A stretch of DNA of 64,000 nt from Polyangia bacterium. GTDB lineage: Bacteria > Myxococcota_A > Polyangia > Palsa-1104 > JAEUJZ01. The stretch covers positions 3,177-67,176 of the forward strand of contig JBGAUT010000004.1 of the NCBI GenBank assembly GCA_044228505.1, read 5' to 3'. Below, in pieces: positions 7,964-16,800 of this stretch. The notes beneath the pieces were generated by a model. That model was not told the DNA's origin. It ran no database searches and worked only from the letters and a program-made list of their open reading frames with translations. Positions within the stretch are counted from its first letter, which is position 1. The number at the start of each line of letters is the position of its first letter. A program made the translations under genes and the position numbers.

Positions 7964-10210
7964 ATGTCCGTCGAAAAGTGGCTGCACGATGTCGCTCGGC
8001 CCGTCGCTCGTCGCTGCGAGTGGTGGGCGCTGTGGGGCCTGCTCGGTGCAGTACTGCTGCTGATTGCCGACGGTAGATTTCGTGCATTTGGGGAAGGTTC
8101 GACGGGGATTCCGACGGCCCTCAGCTTTGTAGCGCTGCTCGGACTGCTGCTGCTCCGAATGTGGCCGGGCCGTCCCACAGATGCCGGTGGGGCCACCCAA
8201 GATGGTCTCTTGGCGACGGGAGCTGCGCAACTAACGCTCGGCTTTGCGTTGGCGCAGGGACTCGGAGGGCTGTGGGGAGAAGCCGCGGTGGTTCGCTACG
8301 CGATCGTCGCGGTGGTGCTCGGATTTCACCGTGGGCTGCGGCTGGCCGGACTGTCGGTGCTGGCCCTACTTTGCGAAGGACTGTTTCGCTATGCGACGGG
8401 ACAACATACGCCCAGCGAAATCCTTGGGTCTTTGCTGATCCTGGGGCTGTTTATGGGTCTCCGTGAGGCGGTGTTTCGCGGCGAGCTGCTGCGCCAACAG
8501 ATCGAGCACAAGCTTCGGGTCAAAGACGCAATCCTCGACTTGACCCGCCAAGCCGAGCTGTTTCGCCTGAACCTGACCGAGGACTCTCTGGTCGCGACGA
8601 CGACGGAGTGGACCGATCACGGCAGCATCAAGACCGCTGATCACGTCGACCGCAGCGAGGCCGAAATGTTGATTCTGCACAGCGCGGTGGTGATGGTTCG
8701 GCAAAACCTCGATGCGCTGGTCGGACTTCTTCGACAAGCGCTCAGTCTGTCGACGTGCGCTGTGTTGTGGCAAAACGACGATGGCAGCAAGCTGGAAGTG
8801 GTTGCCGCCTCCACCAACAGTCCACTGACACTCCTGCGCACGGTGCCGGTAAGCGCTGGGCTGATTGGCTCGGTCCGAAAAACACGGACACTGCTGACGG
8901 TGACGGCCCCCAAGTTGTCACAGCTACCCTACTACGCTCACCAGCACTCGGGTGGCGAGCCCGATGGCGTACGCTGTGCCTCGGCGATGGTGCTGCCCCT
9001 GTTCGAAGAAGGCGCGCAATGTGGAGTGCTGTGCGTCGACCGCTTCATCCATGAGGGAGAAACCGCAACAACTTTTTCTCACCGAGACGAGGAAGCGCTG
9101 CGGGCGGCGGTTCCGGTCATTCTGCGCAGCATCCAGTCCGAGCGTGTCTTCCGTTCCGTCGAGCAAGGCCGAGACGCCAGTCGTGGTCTTGCTGCCGCAT
9201 CCGGTCTGTTGTCCGCCGCACTGCGCCCGGAAGAGGTCGTGCAGACCGCACTCCACGCTGTTTCTCGATTGTGTCCGTTCGACTTCGCGGCACTCACCGA
9301 ATACGACGACAAGCTTCACCAACACCAGGTCTTGTCGGTGAGTGGTGATGCCGCGCTGTGCCGCGAGGTAAAAGATCTGCGCTTCGCCGATAATGAAGGA
9401 TTGTGCTCATCGGTGATCCGTCGGCAAACGATTCTGCCGGTGGGTGGCATTTTGCGCGATCACGGTGCGGATACCCAGGTCTTCGACGATGCAACCCGGC
9501 TTCGCGGCTATCGCTGGCTCATGGTGTTGCCGCTCCTGCTGCACAACAAGCCTCGCGGCACGCTGATCGTCGCCGGTCGAAGCGAAAAAGCGGTGCCCGA
9601 GCGCCAAGCGCTGCTCAAGGTACTGGCGAACCAAATCGCCGTCTCTCTCGACAACGCACGGATGTATCAGGCGGTCGAATCGCTGGCGACTACCGATGGA
9701 CTCACAGGGCTGTACAACCGTCGCACGTTCCAGCTCCGGATCGACGAGATGCGCGAGCGTGCTCATCGCCAAGGTCGAACCCTATCGCTCATCATGTGTG
9801 ACATTGATCATTTCAAAAAGATCAACGACACCCGAGGCCATCTCGTTGGCGATGAAGTGCTGCGGCAGATCGCCCGATTGCTCGGGGACACGGTCCGCAA
9901 GGTGGACTTGGCAGCACGCTACGGCGGTGAGGAATTCGCAATCCTCCTCGAAGCAACCGAGCAAGAAGGAGCGCGACTGCTGGCCGAGCGCATCCGTCAA
10001 GAAGCCGAAAAACTCACGCTGCACAGCGAAAAAGGAACCTTTTCGTGCACGCTGTCACTGGGGCTGGCGACCTTTCCCGGTGATGGCCAGAGCACGATCG
10101 AGCTGATCGCTCACGCCGACGCCGCGCTGTATGCCGCCAAGCACGGAGGCCGCAATCGAGTGGTCTGTTATCGCGATGTGCAAGCAGGCAAAGAACGTCC
10201 TGCCGCGTGA
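7964..10210 (+). CDS. Membrane-anchored GAF-domain diguanylate cyclase (GGDEF, active GGEEF with RxxD I-site)
   Basis: N-terminal multi-TM segment and central GAF-like regions. C-terminal GGDEF domain: RRTFQ, CDIDHFKKINDTRGHLVGDEVL, RKVD (I-site) and RYGGEEFAIL. Its start codon abuts the ftsB stop (TAAATG). Confidence 0.8.
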   Translation: MSVEKWLHDVARPVARRCEWWALWGLLGAVLLLIADGRFRAFGEGSTGIPTALSFVALLGLLLLRMWPGRPTDAGGATQDGLLATGAAQLTLGFALAQGLGGLWGEAAVVRYAIVAVVLGFHRGLRLAGLSVLALLCEGLFRYATGQHTPSEILGSLLILGLFMGLREAVFRGELLRQQIEHKLRVKDAILDLTRQAELFRLNLTEDSLVATTTEWTDHGSIKTADHVDRSEAEMLILHSAVVMVRQNLDALVGLLRQALSLSTCAVLWQNDDGSKLEVVAASTNSPLTLLRTVPVSAGLIGSVRKTRTLLTVTAPKLSQLPYYAHQHSGGEPDGVRCASAMVLPLFEEGAQCGVLCVDRFIHEGETATTFSHRDEEALRAAVPVILRSIQSERVFRSVEQGRDASRGLAAASGLLSAALRPEEVVQTALHAVSRLCPFDFAALTEYDDKLHQHQVLSVSGDAALCREVKDLRFADNEGLCSSVIRRQTILPVGGILRDHGADTQVFDDATRLRGYRWLMVLPLLLHNKPRGTLIVAGRSEKAVPERQALLKVLANQIAVSLDNARMYQAVESLATTDGLTGLYNRRTFQLRIDEMRERAHRQGRTLSLIMCDIDHFKKINDTRGHLVGDEVLRQIARLLGDTVRKVDLAARYGGEEFAILLEATEQEGARLLAERIRQEAEKLTLHSEKGTFSCTLSLGLATFPGDGQSTIELIAHADAALYAAKHGGRNRVVCYRDVQAGKERPAA

Positions 10211-10313
10211 TCCCTGACAACGATAAGTCGCAGCGTCGGGGCTGATTTCGACCGCTACATGTTCGAATCCTTCCGTCCAGATAGGCCACTGGTCGGGTCA
10301 TCGTCTCCGTCGT

Positions 10314-11414
10314 TTGAACCTTGCGACGGAGATCGCCACGCCGAACCAGATGCGTGCTGATAGAATCGTGCGCATGCCTGCGCCGCAGCTTCACCTAACT
10401 TTCGGCGATCTCGTTCAACACAACCCCCTTGTCCCGCTCGCAATGCGACGGGCTTGCGCCGCAGAACCGGTCTACGCACGGCTCGGCTCGATTTTTCACG
10501 ACCTGCCCTACTACTACGCTCCGATGGTCTTCGAGGCGGTTCGCTACGGACTGGGCGCGCAGGCGCTCGATGAGCCTTGGGGATATCGGCTGCACTCGGT
10601 TCATCCCGACCGATTGGTGGCTTCGTACATTCGCGCCGCTCGCACGGTGCCGGGTCTCACCGATCAAGAGCGCCTCGCCCTCGTCGGTGGGTTACTGTCG
10701 CACTGCGCGATCGATCTGTCGATGCACCCGCTCGTCAACTACTGTGCGCGGCGTGATGTGCTGCGTCACGGCGGTCACGAAAGCACACACCACCGTCTGA
10801 CCGAGAAGTATCACGCGCTGTTCATCCATTTGTGGCGACTCGGAGACGATCAGATCGGCACGCCCGCGTTTGCCGAGCGTTGCCGGATCACCAAGCGCGG
10901 CACCTCGCTGTCGCTCAAGATTGAGCAACCGATCCTCGATCTGATGACCAGCGCTTTCCGCGAAGCCTATGGCTCAGCTCCGTCGGTGGTGCAGTTTAGC
11001 AAGTGGGTTCGCAACTTCCGCCAGTTTGGGCTGCTGCTGTCCACTCCTTGGGTGGCCAAACATAGCCAGAAGACCCGGACCGATGCGCTCCGCGACCGGT
11101 ACTTTGTGAACTCGGAGTTTGATACCCGCGACTTCTTCACCGCAGCGGAGCGGCGACTGGGCACCCTGACGACGCTGGCGCACGAGTATTTCGTGAATGG
11201 TGACTTCTCAGCGCCGTCGCAAGAGGCGTTCTTGGCGCGAGCTGGAATCGACGATCTCGCTGAGCCGCAGCCGGTTGATCTGCCGTTGATCCCGTACCTG
11301 CCGCCAGTGCGAGGCAAGGTGGTCCAGCCGAAGCAGCCCAAGCCACCGCGCATTCGTCTGCCTCAGATGGGTCTGCGTCGCAAAAAGAGCGCGGCTGCCG
11401 CTGCCTCGATGTAA
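10314..11414 (+). CDS. Hypothetical His-rich protein. Weak resemblance to the zinc-dependent phospholipase C/S1-P1 fold. Start uncertain; Met candidates at 10350 and 10374.
   Basis: Long ORF with coding-like codon bias. HLTFGDL, IFHDLPYYY, HCAIDLSMHP and HESTHHRL His/Asp clusters. No firm family call. Confidence 0.45.
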   Translation: MNLATEIATPNQMRADRIVRMPAPQLHLTFGDLVQHNPLVPLAMRRACAAEPVYARLGSIFHDLPYYYAPMVFEAVRYGLGAQALDEPWGYRLHSVHPDRLVASYIRAARTVPGLTDQERLALVGGLLSHCAIDLSMHPLVNYCARRDVLRHGGHESTHHRLTEKYHALFIHLWRLGDDQIGTPAFAERCRITKRGTSLSLKIEQPILDLMTSAFREAYGSAPSVVQFSKWVRNFRQFGLLLSTPWVAKHSQKTRTDALRDRYFVNSEFDTRDFFTAAERRLGTLTTLAHEYFVNGDFSAPSQEAFLARAGIDDLAEPQPVDLPLIPYLPPVRGKVVQPKQPKPPRIRLPQMGLRRKKSAAAAASM

Positions 11415-11502
11415 TCCGTCCCGCCACCGCCTTTCCGATCTCATTCAACCGTCGAAAAACATTAAGCTAACAAACGATTTTTTCGCGTGAATACGTGATA
11501 AC

Positions 11503-13779
11503 ATGGTCGTCGTGCTATCTCGTACGTTCACGCTCGGGCGTTACACCTGCGTCGAGCGACTTGGCTCAAGCCCTGTCGGAGAGGTGTGGCGGGCCAAGCG
11601 CTTCGGTCTGGCCGGTTTAGACCGTCAGTATCTGGTCTATCGGATCAGCGCTACGGCGTTGGCCCAAGATCCGACGGCGAACCTGCGACTTCAGGCCGCG
11701 CTGCGCAGTGTCTCGGAGATCCAGCACCAAAACCTGCTGCGCCTCGAAGAGTTCGGCAACCAGGGAGGCGAGCCGTTCGTCGCCTATGAGTTTGTCGGCT
11801 TTGCCGATCTGGGCAAGCTGAAGGCCGGGATCGAGCTGCTGGGCGACGAGGCCAAGTCGCTGCTGCCGCAGATCGTGGCGCTCATCGGGAAACAGCTCGC
11901 ACGTGCCCTGGCAGCCGCTCAAGAGCGCGGTGTGATGCATGGCTTGCTCTCCCCGTCGTGCGTTTGGATCGATCAGAGTGGCGAAGCGCTGCTCGCAGAG
12001 CTGGGGTTGTGGTCGGTGCTACCGCAAGGTCCATGGAAGCTCGACGGAGCGCTCAAGCCGCTGGCGAGCTTTCTGGCCCCAGAGCTGATCGAAAACGGTG
12101 TGCCAGGCCCACGCAGTGAGGTGTTTGCGCTCGGGAGTTTACTCAGTGATCTGCTACGGCTCGCGCCGTCGGACAAGCTGACGCCCGAATCGAAAGCGGC
12201 GCAGCCGGTACTGCAATCGCTCTGTCAGAAAGCGACCGAAAAACAGACCGGACAGCGCCTTTCGAACATGCTCGAGGTGGTCAGCCGCCTCGATGCGATC
12301 CGGGTCACCGAAGCGGCGCAGCTTCAGTTGCAGCGGTTTGGACAACTGTTTGAGCTGGCCGGCGACACTGTTCCTCAGCCGGTCACCACCAGCGATCGCT
12401 CGAGCGCCGAGCCACTGCCGCCGCCACCGAGTATGCGAATCGCCGTCGGAAAAGCAGGTGCCGCAAACAACACCGAGACGGCAAGCAAAGCGCCCACCGC
12501 AACAGACCAAGCTGCGGCAAAAACGGCCGCCGATAACAAAAAATCGATACCCACGGCCAAACCCGCCGTGGTCGCCGCAGAGAAGTCCTCCACCGATGCC
12601 AATCCGACGGCAAGCCCGGTGTCGATCAATCCACGGGCTGCGTTTGGCGCAGGCATGGCTGGCGGTCCTACGTCCGCTGTCACACCTACCGCCGACCTCG
12701 ACGCCGCCGCAGCAGAGGTCGCGAACGGTTCCAACGACATTTCCAACAAGATCTTCGCGACGGCCAAGAAGCGTCCGTCCGGCACGGCGCTGCCTGAAGC
12801 AGACACGATCTCCGTCACGGATACCAATCCGGCGATGGCCCCTTTGCCAAAGGCCACTCCCCGGGTTACCCCACGTCGCACCGCCACGCCATCGAAAGCT
12901 GTGGGGGATGAACCGACCGATCAGTTCAAGCTCGACGCGGCCGCAGCCCAGCTCCGGGCCGAAGAAGCTCATCAAGCTGCGGCAGTCAGCGATCCCTCGA
13001 CTCTCGACGCCGATGAGGTGATGGAAGAAAATCCGGCGCTCGACTCAACCGGCAACTACTCGCAGCCTGAGCTGCCACCGGTTGACCTGAGTGAACGAGC
13101 TAGCGCCGAACCAGCAACGGCTTCCGCCAGTCACTCGGCCGCTTCTGTCGAGCCCTCGCCGCCGCCGCTCCATGAACAAAAACGGCTCGGGACACCGGCG
13201 TTCATTGGCATCGGCATCGGTGCAGCGCTGATTGCGGGTGTCGTGATGTTTGCGGTCATCGGTCGTGGACCCGGCGGAGGCAACACTGTCAGCGACGGTG
13301 GTAGCGCCGATGGCTTCTCCGCGGGTAAGGAACCGGCCGTCGTCAAAACACCCAGCGACGAAATCCAGGTCAACAGCACGCCTACCGCCGACGTCTATCT
13401 CGACGGAGAATCAAAGGGCAAATCACCGCTTACGCTGAAGATTAAGCCCGGCCCGCACAAGCTGCTTCTCGTCGCTGATGCGTATAAATTCTTCCGCCAG
13501 GAAGTGAGCGGCGGCCAGACCATCACAGCCAAGCTGGCCAAAGCCGCACTTCCCGATGACATCAGTGGACCGGCGGCCGTCAAGGTCAAGTGCAAGCGAG
13601 ACGGCGAGCTGCGCATCTTGGTCGACGGCAACGACAGCGGCCTGAGCTGCCCGACAAGCGAGCTTATGCTCAAGCCCGGCAAGTACACCCTCGGTTTCCT
13701 AAGCCCGACTTCCGATGAGCTGCGCGAAAAGCCGATCAAAGTGAAGAAGAAGGGCTCCAAGCTCAAAGTGAAGTTTTAG
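11503..13779 (+). CDS. Pseudokinase (degenerate Ser/Thr kinase-like domain), Ala/Pro/Thr-rich linker, TM helix and C-terminal PEGA domain
   Basis: Kinase-like fold is present but the catalytic loop reads HGLLSPSCVWID instead of HRDLKPxN, and no canonical VAIK or DFG was seen. Low-complexity linker aa 300-560. TM helix IGIGIGAALIAGVVMFAVI. PEGA-like EIQVNSTPTADVYLDGESKGKSPL. Confidence 0.7.
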   Translation: MVVVLSRTFTLGRYTCVERLGSSPVGEVWRAKRFGLAGLDRQYLVYRISATALAQDPTANLRLQAALRSVSEIQHQNLLRLEEFGNQGGEPFVAYEFVGFADLGKLKAGIELLGDEAKSLLPQIVALIGKQLARALAAAQERGVMHGLLSPSCVWIDQSGEALLAELGLWSVLPQGPWKLDGALKPLASFLAPELIENGVPGPRSEVFALGSLLSDLLRLAPSDKLTPESKAAQPVLQSLCQKATEKQTGQRLSNMLEVVSRLDAIRVTEAAQLQLQRFGQLFELAGDTVPQPVTTSDRSSAEPLPPPPSMRIAVGKAGAANNTETASKAPTATDQAAAKTAADNKKSIPTAKPAVVAAEKSSTDANPTASPVSINPRAAFGAGMAGGPTSAVTPTADLDAAAAEVANGSNDISNKIFATAKKRPSGTALPEADTISVTDTNPAMAPLPKATPRVTPRRTATPSKAVGDEPTDQFKLDAAAAQLRAEEAHQAAAVSDPSTLDADEVMEENPALDSTGNYSQPELPPVDLSERASAEPATASASHSAASVEPSPPPLHEQKRLGTPAFIGIGIGAALIAGVVMFAVIGRGPGGGNTVSDGGSADGFSAGKEPAVVKTPSDEIQVNSTPTADVYLDGESKGKSPLTLKIKPGPHKLLLVADAYKFFRQEVSGGQTITAKLAKAALPDDISGPAAVKVKCKRDGELRILVDGNDSGLSCPTSELMLKPGKYTLGFLSPTSDELREKPIKVKKKGSKLKVKF

Positions 13780-13792
13780 CCAGCGCCCGCGT

Positions 13793-13816
13793 GCGACCGA
13801 CTGGACAGCCGGTCGC
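13793..13816. terminator. Possible bidirectional hairpin between convergent genes (7-bp stem gcgaccg/cggtcgc, 10-nt loop). No U-tract.
   Basis: Inverted repeat seen directly, located between the pseudokinase stop (13779) and the ElbD-like stop (13831). Confidence 0.2.
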
Positions 13817-13830
13817 CAGGTCGACCACGG

Positions 13831-16800
13831 CTACTCCGGCTGGCTGGGCATGTCTCGGTTCGGACCGACCGGTGCCAGCTTGCGGACCGCCAGCTCGACG
13901 AGCCGCGCCGCCTCCCGGTTTTGTTCGGTACGTGGCACCTTCGCCACCGCCTTTTGTAAGCTCTCGTAGCTCAATACCGGACCAATATGCGCCGACACCG
14001 CCGTGCCTTGCTTGGGCAGTACGTTGCCCTTCGGCATCGCGTCGTGTGTCCCTTCCAGGTACATCGGCAGCACGTCGATCTTGTGGTGCAGCGATAAGTA
14101 ACCGATCGACGCCTTGAACGACTGCATGACCCCGGTTTCGCTGCGCGTCCCCTCCGGGAAGATCAGCAGCACGTAGCCTTCCTCGATCACCCGCGCTGCC
14201 AGCCGCAACGACTCCCGCAAAGAGCCCGTCCGATCCATCGGAATCAGGTTGGTGAAGTTCTCGAAGTACACGCGCTTCAGCGGATCATCAAAGAAGTAGT
14301 CCTTCGCTGCCAGCGCCACCAGCCGCTCGCCCCAGTCGCCCAGGGCATGCTTGACCAGCCCCATATCGAGGTGGCTGCTGTGGTTCGCGGCCACGATAAA
14401 CTGACGAGCCGCCGGCAGATAGGCCTTGCCGGTCACCCGCGTCTTCAGCACCCGCTCGTATAACGCTCGCTGACCCACGTTGAGTCCGTGATTGCCGGCT
14501 CGCACCAGCCAGTCTGGCAGCACCAGTCGATCGTCGGTGCTCTCGGTCTCTGGCTTTTTCTTCTTCTTCGACTGTTTGGCCTTCGGCAGGTCTTTTTGCG
14601 GCTTGCGACGGCCCCACTGCGCAATCGCTTTTTGCAGCTCGGGTACGCTCACCAGGCTGGTGATATCGGCATTTTCCGGCACCGATACGCCTGCTGCCTC
14701 CAGCGCAACGCCTAGCTCGGCAAACGACAGTGAATCGAGCCCCAGCTCCTGCATCGTCGACTCGGGACGAACTGCCGAGCGCGGCTTCCCCGTCACATCG
14801 GCCAGCAGGTTGAGCAGCCAGTCGCCCGACGCTTGCGTCCCCCCACTCTGCGTCTCGGCTTGGGCCTGACGACGAGTACGTTCCAGCCGACGCAGCTCCT
14901 CGACCACCAACTTTCGCTTCACCTTGCGCGTCGCGGTCTTCGGCAGCTCCAGGTCGGTGAGGTGAAGGATCTTGACCCGCTTGGCCACCGACAGCTTGGC
15001 CGAGACCTGACGGACATGCTCGCGAACCTTGTCGCGAACTTCCTCACGCGGGAGTCCTTCGGCTTGCGGCGCGTCGTACGCGGGCACCACCAAGCATGCG
15101 ACCGCCTCGCCTTTGTCATCGGGAGACGGCGTATCTTTCAGCTCAGCCTCGGGCAAACCAACGACGCAGAGCTCTTTGATAAAGGGTGTCTCGCGGTAAC
15201 GCTCCTCAAGCTCGTCGGGATAGACGTTTTCGCCATTGAGACCAATGATCACGTCCTTCTTGCGACCGACGATATAGAGGTGACCTTTGCCGTCGGTACG
15301 TCCCAAGTCTCCGGTGTGTAGATAGCCGTTTTTGATCGTCTCGGCAGTAAGCTCGGGATCGTTGTAATAGCCGAGCATCACGTTCGGACCCGAGGCAATG
15401 ACCTCTCCGACGCCGCTCGCATCCGGTTCATGGATCTTGACGTCGATACCCGGCAGGGCCTCACCAACGCTACCGAGCAGAAGCTGAGTGCCCGGTCGGG
15501 TCACCGTCAGCACCGGACTGCTCTCGGTCATGCCGTAGCCTTCGTAGAGGTTGAAGCCGAGGCCGCGATACTCTTTCATGGTCTCGACGGGTAACGCCGA
15601 GCCACCGCTGATCAAGAGCCGCAGCTTGCCGCCAAACCGACTGTGCACCGGGAAAAATAGCGCCCGAGGCAGGTTCAGCTCGAACCCCAGCGCCTTGCGC
15701 GTCCGCTCGCGAGCCGACCGGGTCAGGTCATAAAGCCGCTCGAGCAGCCGCAGCACCCACGGCACCGCCCGCGACGGCAGCCGATCCGAGATTTGCTTGG
15801 TAATCCGCCGATACAGGAGCTGATACAGCGCCGGGACACCGACCATGCCGGTGATGTGCGCCGACGAAAACGCGTTTTGCAGCGAGTCGGCGTTCACCTC
15901 GGGCAGATAGGCAATCTGCGCGCCCCGCGACAGCGGCATCAGCAAGCCCGCCGAAAACTCGAAGGTGTGATGCAGCGGCAATACTGACAACAGTCCGTCG
16001 TGCTTATCGACATCGAAGACGCCACGCATTTTCGACAGCAGCGACGTAAAGTTCCGGTGCGACAGCATCACGCCCTTCGGCCGCCCGGTGGTCCCGGAGG
16101 TGAAGATGAGCGATGCCATCTCCTCGGCCCGTCCAGTGAGGGTAATCGGCGATAGGCTGCTCACCGGCATCAGCTCGTGACGAGTCTCGCCACCGAGCGC
16201 CTCGCCAAAGCTGAGTACTTTGACGTTGGGCATCGCCTGAGCCAGCGACCCGCGAATGTCGATTCGCGCCTGCACCTTGTCCGAGACAATCGCCGCATAG
16301 ACATCGCCCCAGCGACAGATGTTCAGAACCTCGTCGAGCGTCGCCTCTTTGTCGACAGGAACGACTACGCCAGCCGCTTTCAGGATGCCAAAGTACGAGA
16401 TCGCCCACTCGGGACGATTTTCAGAGATAAGCAGCACTTTGCCCGAGACCGGCATTCCCATTCGCCGCAGCGTCTCTCCCACTCGGGAAGCCCGCTCGCT
16501 GATGTCGCGATAGGTGTAGCGCTGACCGTAACCAACAGGCTCTCCGTCGGCATCAAGCGGTGGCAAGAGCCGCAAGGCCGTCCGTCCGCGATACGCCTTC
16601 GCCGCCGACTCGATCATCTCGAGCATGTCGCGGTAGGTATAGACCGCCTTGGCACGAGCCTGGAACTCTTCATCCAGAGACGGAAAAATCCACTTTTCAA
16701 GGCCCGGAATATGGACCTCGAGCATGTATTCGCGCCAATTGATCGTCTCGGGATTCCAGCGAAGAATCGTCTGATCGTGCGGCGTCAGGCTCTGATAGAG

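Noticed and set aside
10240-10300. tRNA-like T-arm motif (gttcgaatcc)
   Set aside because: There is no complementary acceptor stem and no D/anticodon arms in the flanks. It lies in a short intergenic spacer and is a chance match.
12154-13021. Overlapping ORFs on both strands within the Ala/Pro/Thr-rich linker of the pseudokinase-PEGA gene
   Set aside because: Low-complexity GC-rich DNA generates open frames in all phases. The sense frame is continuous with the flanking kinase-like and PEGA domains.
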